Translations under genes and position numbers: made by a program
The notes under the pieces: generated by a model
The model's database searches: none
What the model saw: the letters and a program-made list of their open reading frames with translations, nothing else
Told to the model about the DNA's origin: nothing
Part shown: in pieces, positions 23,921 through 35,955 of the stretch
Position numbering within the stretch: position 1 is the first letter of the stretch
Layout of the letters: every line of letters begins with the position of its first letter
Source of the DNA: Harriotta raleighana
Taxonomy: Eukaryota
Assembly (NCBI GenBank): GCA_050575255.1
Contig: JBNZDD010013683.1
Location: forward strand, 771,877-835,876
Length of the DNA: 64,000 nucleotides
Direction: 5' to 3'

Positions 23921-24534
23921 TACCCAGTTAATAGAAGTTTAAATGCTAATGGCCAACACTCCTCAAGGTCAGCATTTAGACAATGACGGCAGTTTAATTG
24001 GATGTACAGTATATTTTCAAGGGTAAAATATGATTGTCACAATTTATTCATGGCAATGCAATGAGTATTCAGATGAATATTGAGACAGTTTGAGCAGCAT
24101 CTTAATATCTCAGCTGCAAACACGTGTGCTTAAAATATTGTTACTTGTGACCCAGCCAGCGCCTTGTAAAGATAAATTAATCAATTAGTTTAAGTGGCCA
24201 GAAGTAAGAATGTTCCATCCAGTTCTTGGGCTGAAAAATGTTTTCATTGCATGTCCTGAGTCAGCCTTGGCACTGAAAACGTTTCAGAAAAAAAAGCAGG
24301 CCATCAGCAAACTGTCTGTGCAACATTATGATAACAGCTTAAGCTCTCTTGACGCAGGGCTATCATTCTGGCAGAAATGGTCAATCTATAATGCCTCACA
24401 AGTAGGCCAAGCTGAGAGAAAAACATCATACCAGACCAAATGAGTCAATTACACATTGCAGTCTTTGGAAAGCCCTTTGGAGGTTCTCTGCTTAAGTTGA
24501 GCTGGTTAAAACTTTGAAAGGCTTACAACGAGGC

Positions 24535-24810
24535 AGTCCCAATGGTGCAGTGGATAGAGACACAGCTTATAAGTGAAATATCTCGTTGGATCGAATCCTG
24601 GTCCGTGCTACGTTTGCTGGTCGCCACCTTGTTTACATGTGGAGGGTCAATGGGCCATGAAGTGGTCGTTGGGATATCCTCCCAACTGTGTAAGGTCCTA
24701 TATGAATGCAATGCACTGTTGTTCTACATATATAGTAACCAAGTGGGATACAGTGGCCATCAGTGTCTGTACAATCACAGCCCAGCAAGAGTAGGCTGGG
24801 GATGAGGAAC
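24535..24810 (+). mobile_element. Possible tRNA-headed SINE of a different family
   Basis: A-box-like tggtgcagtggatagag and B-box-like ggatcgaatcc at tRNA spacing; downstream body unlike other SINEs here. Confidence 0.45.
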
Positions 24811-25009
24811 AGAGGCAAAGGCAAATTGGGATAAAACTAGAAAAATAATCAGACATATGGAAATGTTGTTCTTTAAATTGCACAGTTTATCAAAAAGAAT
24901 AACATCAAAGCAAAATGCTTGGTGATATACACTGCAAACTCAGACTTTGTAAGTCACATTGACTCACAAAACTCCAGCTCTGGCTTGGTGACTATGCTGG
25001 AAGCTGTGG

Positions 25010-25113
25010 TCTCTCACTGGAGTGCCAGTCAGATTATAAGCATTCCAAGTCCTGGCATGAAGCTTGAACCTACAATTTACTACCTCAGAGGCGTGACTAT
25101 CACTGAACCAGCC
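25010..25113 (-). mobile_element. Deu-SINE 5' head fragment
   Basis: cactggagtgccagtcagattat..gcttgaacctacaatttactacctcagaggc..cactgaacca is the reverse of the head at 57312-57400. Confidence 0.65.
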
Positions 25114-25285
25114 TAACATTTTAGAGTCCATCAAACATAGACTGCTTCTGTGCTCCTTTTATTCATTGCACTTTATAATCCAATGCCATTTTGTTAGCTG
25201 GATTGTTTAATGAGTGTACTACATTCCTTCCTAAAGCAATCAGCCTGATATCTTTGGACAAGAAATCCAGCATAGTATATTTTGT

Positions 25286-25548
25286 AACAACAACAACAAC
25301 AACAAAATGACACTTGTTTAGCGCCTTTCACGTTGGGAGGACGTCCCAAAGAGCTGAACAGTCAGGTCAGGACCTGGTAGGGGTGGGGGGAAGGAGAGTG
25401 GGAGAGGGGGAAGAGTCAGGGGGGGAGCTGAAGGCGCGATCGAAGAGGAAGGTCTTGAGACCAGCCTTGAAGGAGGAAAGGGAGGAAGCAAGGTGGAGGG
25501 ACTGCGGGATGGAGTTCCAAAGTGTGGGGGCAGAGAGGCTGAAAGCCC
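25286..25548 (-). mobile_element. L2 3' end with (TTG)n tail
   Basis: (caa)n aaatgacacttgtttagcgcctttcacgttgggaggacgtccc..cgatcgaagaggaaggtcttgagaccagccttgaaggagg..ggagttccaaagtgtgggggc. Confidence 0.9.
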
Positions 25549-25552
25549 ATTA

Positions 25553-27901
25553 CAAACCCATAGCCCAATTTCAGAGCTTCCTTGTGTGGGACTCAGTGTA
25601 CTTGATTCTTGTAAAAGCTCTGATATTGTGGATGAGTGATGTCACACCTATCCATATAGGGGGAAAAGACAAGTAAATGGGTGTGAACCGATTGCTCATT
25701 CAAAGCCCCAGCATAGTCATGATACAGTACATTGAAGGACTTTCTTCTGTCCTGTAAAGGTCTACTGGTGTTGTTGGGATTGTAATTGTTTGCTAATCTC
25801 GTGTTAATCCACTCAAATACCATATTTGACTGCAATTGCTTGTGAAGCGCTTGGAGACGTTTCAATGCCAAATCCAATGCAAGATTTATTCGAATCAAGT
25901 TGGCAAATCCTGAGGCACAGAACTCCGGGAACACAAACTGCACGGAGTAAAAAGAGCACAGTAACACAATAAGAAACTGGAGGCTGCAGTCTGCTTGTGA
26001 TCTACTGGGACCTTCTCTCTCATTTCACTATGATACAAAGCACAAATTATTCAAATTCACAGCTGATCGCTATGCACCACAAAAGACCTGATGTGGAAAG
26101 CAAGTTTTGGACGGCGAGCAATTGAATGACAAATTTATTCCACACACATGAAGGAGACCTGCACAAATCACTTACCTCTGTTCTGGTCGTGACTTATTTT
26201 GTTCTCCTCAGATACAGAATAATTCAGTACCATCAAGTATCCTCTATGTACTTGCATGGGCTGCCAGCCAGCCTGCCCATTATATTAAAAAAAACACAAG
26301 CAAGTTTCCTTTTAATAGTGAAGATGGGATTCTACAAAGTTTGTACCACACGGTGACTTAATAGTTTATGACTGGGCTGTGAGCATGCTTGTCCATTAAA
26401 TAGCTCTGGGAAGCCACACACACATGCTTTCTGCTGCAGATTATGTGATTATACTTATGAATGCTGCAAGCACAGCTGCTGTGTACCTTCACATAAATAT
26501 ATTAACAGATAATATAACAAGGAAAGTGTCGCCTTGCTTTCCATGCTACAGTAACTTTTGAACATTGTAATAAAGTTATCCAGTACCATGATGGAGCAGT
26601 GGAAAGACTTAACCACATCTTCTGCCTCCTGTGATTTATGAAGCAACATGCACTTCACTTAAGAACTTATCATACAGAGTGAAATCCTGATAACTCGTCT
26701 CTCCAAGGTGAAAATGTTCAGTGACGNCAAACCCATAGCCCAATTTCAGAGCTTCCTTGTGTGGGACTCAGTGTACTTGATTCTTGTAAAAGCTCTGATA
26801 TTGTGGATGAGTGATGTCACACCTATCCATATAGGGGGAAAAGACAAGTAAATGGGTGTGAACCGATTGCTCATTCAAAGCCCCAGCATAGTCATGATAC
26901 AGTACATTGAAGGACTTTCTTCTGTCCTGTAAAGGTCTACTGGTGTTGTTGGGATTGTAATTGTTTGCTAATCTCGTGTTAATCCACTCAAATCGCATAT
27001 TTGACTGCAATTGCTTGTGAAGCGCTTGGAGACGTTTCAATGCCAAATCCAATGCAAGATTTATTCGAATCAAGTTGGCAAATCCTGAGGCACAGAACTC
27101 CGGGAACACAAACTGCACGGAGTAAAAAGAGCACAGTAACACAATAAGAAACTGGAGGCTGCAGTCTGCTTGTGATCTACTGGGACCTTCTCTCTCATTT
27201 CACTATGATACAAAGCACAAATTATTCAAATTCACAGCTGATCGCTATGCACCACAAAAGACCTGATGTGGAAAGCAAGTTTTGGACGGCGAGCAATTGA
27301 ATGACAAATTTATTCCACACACATGAAGGAGACCTGCACAAATCACTTACCTCTGTTCTGGTCGTGACTTATTTTGTTCTCCTCAGATACAGAATAATTC
27401 AGTACCATCAAGTATCCTCTATGTACTTGCATGGGCTGCCAGCCAGCCTGCCCATTATATTAAAAAAAACACAAGCAAGTTTCCTTTTAATAGTGAAGAT
27501 GGGATTCTACAAAGTTTGTACCACACGGTGACTTAATAGTTTATGACTGGGCTGTGAGCATGCTTGTCCATTAAATAGCTCTGGGAAGCCACACACACAT
27601 GCTTTCTGCTGCAGATTATGTGATTATACTTATGAATGCTGCAAGCACAGCTGCTGTGTACCTTCACATAAATATATTAACAGATAATATAACAAGGAAA
27701 GTGTCGCCTTGCTTTCCATGCTACAGTAACTTTTGAACATTGTAATAAAGTTATCCAGTACCATGATGGAGCAGTGGAAAGACTTAACCACATCTTCTGC
27801 CTCCTGTGATTTATGAAGCAACATGCACTTCACTTAAGAACTTATCATACAGAGTGAAATCCTGATAACTCGTCTCTCCAAGGTGAAAATGTTCAGTGAC
27901 G
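25553..27901 (+). repeat. 1174-bp tandem duplication separated by a single N (probable assembly artefact)
   Basis: 25553-26726 matches 26728-27901; the only difference I saw is aatACcat vs aatCGcat; N at 26727. Confidence 0.95.
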
Positions 27902-28029
27902 TCTTGTCAGGAGTTAGGAGTATGTATAAACATATAACTAAACGTGACCAATAAATTCTCAGTGTGGTGACTTAAGTGATAGGGACAAGTTGAGCCAGGG
28001 TCAAGTTACTGTCACCACAAATTCCATTT

Positions 28030-28178
28030 CAGTTTCGCCCACAAAATATATAGTTGATTCACTCTACAATATATTTTGTGAAGCAATAAAGGGTGTTTGT
28101 GAAGCAATAAAGGGTGTCTACTGTTTGAGGTGTCTCGAAGACGTAATAAGGCGCTTATCAAATGCAAGGATTATTATA
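28030..28178 (+). mobile_element. SINE 3' fragment with internal 21-bp tandem repeat
   Basis: gtttcgcccacaaaatatatagttgatt..(ttgtgaagcaataaagggtgt)x2..atcaaatgcaaggattattat. Confidence 0.75.
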
Positions 28179-28669
28179 TTATGACTAATATTAAGACCAA
28201 ATTCGCTGATGTAAAAAATCTCTCCATCACCGTCTGCCCAATTAATTTCCATGCAACTTTGCTTCAGATAAAGGAAAGTTTGGGAAGAGTATGTATTTAC
28301 TCCCGATTGCTCCATCCCATCACTTCACTTCAGGCACCATGCTGAAACACTGCCTATTACTGCGTCTGAGACATGCAAGACTTTCTGCAACAGTGAGCTG
28401 AGTTATGCCTGATGCTGTCAATTGATGTTGGTGCTATTTTGCTGAGCATGCTGCGATAACACAGATGTTGAAGTGATATTTCTTTAATCTTTCAGCTTGC
28501 TTTATTGAAGTAAATCTTAATGTTACATAATCATAAAACCATCATTGCTTTGTTCTGTGCACAATCCAGCCCGTCCAGGATGTGATAGTAGAATTCCACC
28601 CTTGTTTAAATTATACTAATATGGAAATCATCATTGAAAACAACATTATATACTACATGCTATATGGCG

Positions 28670-28960
28670 AGATGCTGAACTGAGGTCTTGCTTGTCTGTT
28701 TGGGGGTGGGTTAAAGAACCTGTAGCACGATTTGAAAAGGGAAGGAAGATTAACTGCTTTAGCCAAAAATTACACAGGTAAATTGGACATTCACTTCTGA
28801 CCTGTATTTGCAAATCTTTTGTGTGCAAATTGGCTGCTATGTTTGCCTACAAATACTCAGTCACTACATCTGCAGCGAGTAGCCATGATCCGCTCTGAAA
28901 TGATAAACATTATAGCTACTACATCAAATCGAAGGATTGTTATCTTTATTATTTATTATT
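28670..28960 (+). mobile_element. Deu-domain SINE, old
   Basis: gatgctgaactgaggtcttgcttgtctgtttgggggtgggttaaagaacctgtagcacgatttgaaa..gtgtgcaaattggctgctatgtttgcctacaa..atcaaatcgaaggattgtt. Confidence 0.65.
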
Positions 28961-31900
28961 CTAGTAAAAGATGACTTCAACTATTGGACAGTTTACCAGG
29001 TAGTGTATTTGGGATTCAAAGTCCACCTATGATGGCCACAATGCCTATTTATCTTTTCTGCAGACCAGTTATTGTATATTTAGGGTTTCAGAATTGCGTG
29101 CTTTTACCTTCATCCAGCAAGCTTCTCGAATTGAAAGCCACTAGGACTCCATTTTCCCTACTTCTCTTACAGAGCATACTGCAGTCTATCATCTCATCCA
29201 TCCCCACCCATCCGAACGCTAGTTAGACAAATGTATTCTAGTTGGATTGCAACGGATTATCATAGACCAGAGACTATTTGCACCTTCCTCGGTACAGTGT
29301 GTTTATATGCTTCCTGTGTTTTGTTTTGCCAATGATTATACCCTGTGTAAACAAATTGCACTATTAGTGTCAGACCTTGAAGAATTGCTTTCTGCAAGTC
29401 TCTGCAACTTTGACGTGAAGTTTTAATCATGATTATAGAAACCTATTTCAATGTCAGGAAGCAGAGTGGAGTCCAATTAAGGCAGAAGCCTCTTAATAGG
29501 AAGGCCCCCCTGTAGTGAAGAAAACATTATTTTCATCCGCTCCTCTGCAGAGCAGACAGTGAAAAATATACATACTGATCTCGACAGACAACATTCTATC
29601 GCCAAGATTTTATTCTTGTTGTAAATAGAGTTGGAGCCGCAATCTGTTGCTAATGCTGTTGAGTAATGCACAACAGTGTAAGCAGTGCAGAATTATTACA
29701 CCACAGCATTATATTTGGGGTTAGAGGCATGCAAATCTTCTTTAGTATCATGTAGTGTCAGCTAGTTACATTGTTGGAGCTGTCTCTTTGTTTTGTGCTT
29801 TTCCCAGCATTGCTGAGAGATGTTTAAGGTGGTGAATATTGTTTGGTCATTTTAACGTTGGAAGGCCATTCGAGGAAGTTTTAGTTGAAGGTAGTTTTCA
29901 TGGATTGTTAAAGAGTTATTAGCAAACTGAACATTTGGAGTGAAAGAGCCTCTTTGAGGCCACATGAGCTAGGGAGGGGCCGGCTGAATATCATTTGAGA
30001 TCGATGTTGCTAGCATTGACATTGCGTAGTGCATTGGCTGAGTCTGCAGTTATGTGTTAAAGCTTAACAACCTCAGAATAAATTCGAAGCCTGTTTCTAT
30101 GCAGCATCTCAGCTGGTAAATGGTAGCCAGGACTTGTGGCCTCTTCTATAATGACCCACTGAAACCAAGCTGCAAATAATACAGCTGTCCATTTGGTCAG
30201 GTATGGTGGAGGCTTTACACTTGTATCTGCACATCTGATATTTAAAAGAAAATTCTGTAATGAAGGTATGAACCCTTCAATGATCAAAAGAGCCACTGTG
30301 GTTCCTTCACTTCCACATTTCCTGAATTGTCAGCATTATTTTAATTTACATCACCCAATCCAGGCTGAAAGATTCCAACATGTTTCTTTTACAGTCACTT
30401 CAACTCCAAAGCTTTCAATGTGTCAGTATGCTTTATACTGTCAGCCAACCTCAAAGCAAACATTAAGCTCCGTCTCTCTCTGTCTAGTCAACATAAAAAT
30501 CAGCCATCGCTTCTTCAGAACTCTTCAGAACATAATTATAGGTTCCCTTCAGAGCTGCTCTGCAGATCTCAAATGAACCATCTTTAACTTTCTTTTGTGG
30601 CCAAGGTAATTAACCATAAATCTAAATTATTGTACGTTGCCACTGTGTTGCCTCCTGATAAATAAATAGTCACTATGTTTTGCAGACGAGAACACGTAAG
30701 CCTATGCCATCAATTCCAGGAGCAGTCAGAAATGTTGCAGGGCAATGGAAGTTATGCGATTCTCTGAAGTTTAGCTACAGCACCATTGGACACGAGTATA
30801 GCTTCCCGTTGTGAGTATTGTGGTCTCCAGTTAATTCTCACTGCTGTTACTAACTGGTCATTTTGCACGCTCTGTTTCGTACTGTGTTTAATTCATGCAC
30901 ACATAAAGCAAACCATTGCTTGCTTCAATGCTGCCAAATGAGCAAAATGAAAGGCAGAATAAGAAATTAGGGGAGCAGAAACTTGATTTTCTTCAGGTTC
31001 AGGTTAGAGAACACAGAGAAATGAGCACCAAAGTATTTCTGCACAGTGTTATTTTGTACAGGCCATAATAATGAGCTACATACATAGAGTCTCTATGCTG
31101 GTCTTATCAATTTGCAGGCTACTCAAATCATGTCTAGAACTGACGTAGAAACCTCTTCTTAGTATCAAATAAAACTTGTAACTCAGATTCTGAACTGAAT
31201 GAGAACACACACCTATCATATGATTTCTATCTATTACAAGCACACAGATATAACACCCACACATTTATGGGCACTCAAACATTAAATATGGGTCACCTAA
31301 ATGAATAAAAGGGAATGAATCACAATCTGTATACCAGGAAAGAGTTTCATTCTTTGTCAAATAATTGGTAGAAAATATGTCACAACTAAGTAATACATAG
31401 ACAATTCAGGAGTAGAGCTTTGAGGAAACCAAGTGTAATCGTATTACCAAGTCTCCAAATTCCTAGGTGAGTTGTATGTAATTTTTCATACTGGAATCTT
31501 TACTTAATTATACCATGTTTACATAATGGGTTGGTAGTGAATTTTCATTCAATTTATGCTAACAACATTTTTCTGTTGTGAATTACACGCAGGATAATAA
31601 ATGACTTGCTATGAGCTACAAGGCAGTAATTCAATCGAATTGTTCTATGTCAACATAACTTGGAGATTGAATAATTGTCTTCAACCGAATGTGAGACATT
31701 TTCAATTCTTTAAGATGATATAGACAATGCTTTTTTAAAATATTATCTTTTCTTAGCCATTATGCAGCAGGTACTCAGTGCTGCAAACATGAGACATCGA
31801 TGTTGGAAGAAGAGAGCTAAGAGTGACAAAGGATCTGGGGGCAAACCTCATACACATTGCAGTTTTTTCCAACAGTAGTTCACAGTACTTCATCTTAGAA

Positions 31901-32019
31901 GGAATCCCTGTGAATCCACACACGATTGAAGAGAATGGACTGAAAAATAATATTTTCTTTCTTGGCTTTAAGAAGTGCATTCAGTTCCTTAATGCACCAA
32001 CTCAATGTGTGTTGACTAC

Positions 32020-33150
32020 CACAGTTCAAGTCTGAGCACCAGTGATGGTTTTATCGACACAGTCTTGTTCTTCATCACGTTCCTCTTGGATATCTGGCTC
32101 CATCATCTGCTGCCATTGCTGTTATTAATAGCCTGAGATGTTCCCAAGTTGTGTCAGCGGCAACAGAAACACACCATATTCCCAGCCTCCCTTGAGGCAG
32201 TTATTGTGCTCGCCCACACTCATGCCCCTTCCTCCCATCCTCCCACCCACTCCCCACCCTCCCTTATCCCACTCATCCAAGCCATCCATGTTTTACATTT
32301 AAAGTTTCTCAACTATGTGGCTGAGTGCTGCATTGCGGCAGGCTACGCCCAGTGTATCTCGCTGGTGTACATTCTGGTGCACATTCTCAGGAATTGGCAT
32401 AGCGGCTGCTACGCGCCATGATTTCAAACCATAGCCACTATCACCTGTGAAGGCGAGCATGGTGGTAATTAAAAACAACAGACAGAGGAGAACATGAACC
32501 ATGGGATCTGTAAGTTAATGTCTTACCTAGCAGTCCTCCAACCACTCAATTCTCCTTCCGAAACCTGCAGTCTACCCTGAAATTGGCAAAGGTAGGAGTC
32601 GTGGGTGCTGCTAGGGTAATTAGCATTCACATCCGTGATAATATTTTTGGCATCGCACACTACTTGTACGTTGATGAAATGGGAGGCTTTCCTGTTGCAG
32701 TAGATGTGCACACTCTCAGTGGGTGCACAGATGATACATGGGTAAAGTTGATGGAACCTAAGACATTGGGGAAGTCAGGTATAACATAGAATGCCCCTTC
32801 GCTGTTGCTGCAATATGCTGGGAAGCTAACACAGCGATGTCCTCCTGAGCAGCGATTTGAGAAATGACTTTGGACATCGCCGACTGACTCATCCACAGTT
32901 GCTCCGATAGGGGTCTGAAAGGTGCCAGTAGCAAAGGAACTGAGCGCAGCAGTCACCTTCACTGGCATTTGTAGGGCCTAATTGGTGTGAGCCTGACACT
33001 ACACATCATCTCTTAGCTCATCACGGAGGTCATACAGCAATTGCTTATTAAATCTAAATCTACAAAAACAGTAGGTGTCAGGGCAATTAATAAAATGAAT
33101 ACAACATCTATAAATCCTATGGGACACCTCTCGCTTTCCTAATTCCAGCA
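32020..33150 (-). pseudogene. PIF/Harbinger DDE transposase pseudogene, near full length, with one intron
   Basis: Collinear motifs across frameshifts: FRFNKQLLYDL; PVKVTAALSSFATGTFQ; FPNVLGSINFTHV; YCNRKASHFINVQVVCDAKNIITDVNANYPSSTHDS; LLG|DSGYGLKSW; MVCFCCR*HNLG; acidic tail. Confidence 0.9.
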
Positions 33151-34397
33151 TGGCTGTCCCACCAATAGCCGCCAAACATTTCATCCCCTCGACTGCCATT
33201 TACCCCAGTGCAGAATGGAATAGACTTTGGTCGAAGCTGGAGACCTGGAAGATCTTTTTTCTGACTTTAATCATAGTGCGGACTCCAGCGTTGGAGTCCA
33301 AAGACATAAACGCACTTGTGTACAATATCACGTACTATGTTGCACAACAAAAAATGAATTAAGCATGAGTTTCAGAATTGTATCTATGTTACTGCAAATG
33401 GAGCCGGCTCCAAAGTGCACACAATTTTCTGGAGTTGGTTCTTATCCACCTTTAAAATGATTGACTCTACTTCCAGTTTGGGTCCAGATTTTTGTTACAC
33501 TATATTTTGTGTCCTGAAACAGATTCAGCTATTACATGGCAATCAACATCCACTGTAAAGAGAGGGTGAACTCCAGGTAAACTGCATAAACTGAATGCAC
33601 CAATACAAGACTTGGTCAAGAAGATTTGGTTGAACTGATGGAACAGGAGGATTGAGCATTGAGGGAAAGCATTGAGTGATCAACAACAACAGCTTCAATT
33701 TATATAGCGCTCTCCATGCCAGACGGTGTCTCATCCATTGCACTCCTTTTTGGTCAAATTAAGCAGTGAACTTGGATTGAAACAAATCAGGTGAAGTTAA
33801 TGTATACAGCTCTACTTCTGCTTGAATATGTTCAGTGGAAAAGAAAACAAATAGACTTCCTTGGTTTTCAAAAGCTGGAACCATTCACAGCCATTGCACA
33901 CACATGAACAACTCAAGGGAGAACTCAATCTTCTGCTGAAGATTTAAGCTCTTGCCAGATCTTGGCCCACTTGATTTCATCCTTCCAGATCACCTACCAT
34001 CCCCTCATTCACTGCATCAAGCTGCTTTGTGAATGTAAAATAAACAATTAGGAAATCAAAATGTGTTGTTTTGGTGAAGCCTGATTTAGTTCATAAGATC
34101 ACAAGAGAGGTTCAAACAAACAATGCCCTTTATTTTCTTGTAACTATCCTGAAATTGCCTTTTGCAACTCTAAATTTGTATCCCCTTCCTCTGCATCAAA
34201 AATGATTGTTCTGGGTTTATATATTCATTCCCATTGAAAATCGTGTTTAAGGTCCCTTCTGGGACATCCGTTTTGAAGCCTGAAAAAAAACATAGTTTGC
34301 TCGATTATTCTGAACCATTTGAGTAAAAAATACCTCCAAACTAATTAAATCCTGCCTGTCATAGCAAGCAGACCCAAACTGTGAGCCTGGGTAGATT

Positions 34398-34697
34398 CTC
34401 TGTAGCTCAGTGGTTAGAGCACTCACCTTGCAAGCGAGAAACCTGGATTCAATTCTTAGGCAAGTTTCTTTACTCCACACGCCTAATAATATTCCCTCAA
34501 AAATAAACAATAATATAGTGGTCAATTCAATCCATAGCTGTTTGTGGGACACTGCTGTGTGCAATTGAGTGCTGTGTTCGCCTAAAAATATATGGTCAAA
34601 TTCACTTTACAGAATATTCTGTGAAGTGCTTTGAGACGTCTAGAGGACATAAAAAGCGCTACATCAAATTGCAAGGAATATATCATCATTATTATTA
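34398..34697 (+). mobile_element. tRNA-Ala-like SINE, full length (short variant)
   Basis: ctgtagctcagtggttagagcactcaccttgcaagcgagaaacctggattcaattc head (anticodon-loop-like cttgcaa); body; tail. Confidence 0.9.
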
Positions 34698-35111
34698 CTG
34701 CTATGAATGGGTACTGAGACAGGGAACCAAGCAAGACAACCCATTATTAATCAAATGCGAGAATTATTATTATTTAGGTTGAGCATCCTTGGCATGTTTC
34801 AGAAACCATGTATTTTATATCTCATCATCACTTCAAAAATCTCTCTCTCTGAATGAATAAATGAATGAATGAAGGTGCAGCAGTTTTGAGTTAGAAAAGA
34901 TGCATGATTGTTCTTTTTCTTCCTAACTGGCCTCCATGGCTGCGGTATTCAATTTTACTCTAAGATCTAAAATTAAATGATCACTCAACGTTATTTAGAA
35001 AAAGTGTTGTTACAATGACATTTAATGAGAATTGCGTGCATATGGTGTTAACTCAATCCAGTTTGGTTACTTCAATGTCAGATTTTTAAAAAAAATCTCT
35101 TACATGAGTTG

Positions 35112-35480
35112 ATAATAATCCTTGCATTTGACATAGCATCTGTATTTATGTTTGCACATCCCAAAGTGCTTCACAAGGAATTGCTGTGAAACGTATTCTG
35201 TGTATTTTCAGCAAAAGCAGTAGCCAATTTACAAGCAGCGATGTCTCACAAATAACCATAAAGTAAAAGATCTATTTTTATCCAATGGATTGTTGAGCCG
35301 AACATCAGTAGAAACTCCCTTCTCTAATATGGTCAAGAGATCTTAACTATCCAGCTGAACAGCCATACCAGACCTCAATTTGACATCTCATCCGCAAAAC
35401 AGTGCATCTTCAACGCTGAGCTCGTGTCAAGCTAGATGTTTAATTCAAAGTGTCAATGTGGGCCTTGGACACACAACAAA
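35112..35480 (-). mobile_element. Deu-domain SINE, old
   Basis: ataatccttgcatttgacatagc tail; agatcttaactatccagctgaacagcc..agacctcaatttgacatctcatcc is the reversed Deu core. Confidence 0.75.
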
Positions 35481-35585
35481 CAGAGACAGGCTGATACCTT
35501 AGCCACAAAGACCTTGCTAGGATTCAAACCCACAATGTCCTGCTTATTAGGCAGCTACTTTATCCAAATGGTATAATATTAACAT

Positions 35586-35955
35586 GATAATAATCCTTAC
35601 ATTTGATATAGTACTTTTCGCATCCTTTAGACGTCTTAATGCGCTTCACAGAATGTACGACAAAGTGAATTGACTTTATATTTGTGGGAGAAAAGCGACA
35701 GCTGATTGCACACAGTAGTGTCCCACAAACAGTCATGAATTGAGTGACCAAATTATTATTATTTTTATTATGTTTTGGGGGTATCCCCAGAAAGATGATC
35801 CACGAATCAACTAACAACCGGATTCCTACTTACTGTTAGGTAAACAGAGGCATGTGGTGTAAGAAAATCTTCCCAACATTTTGCCCTGCCTGGAAACGAA
35901 CCCAGATCTCTAGGTTTGTTTGCAAGGTGAGTGCTCTGACCACTGAGCTAGAGGA
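35586..35955 (-). mobile_element. tRNA-derived SINE, full length (long variant)
   Basis: Tail at 35586-35650; head tgcaaggtgagtgctctgaccactgagctag at 35921-35951. Confidence 0.88.

Noticed and set aside
25553-27901. 1174-bp tandem duplication with duplicated ORFs (124, 76, 67 aa)
   Set aside because: Copies are joined by a single N and are nearly identical; this is the signature of unmerged overlapping contigs or alleles. The ORFs resemble no known protein.
32020-33150. Possible domesticated HARBI1 gene
   Set aside because: Multiple frameshifts and stops, and the first catalytic Asp motif reads GSINFTH; a transposon fossil, so no gene symbol assigned.
34398-34460. tRNA-like sequences (also 8912, 21120, 35890, 59607)
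   Set aside because: They lack a proper acceptor stem and continue into a shared SINE body; SINE heads, not tRNA genes.
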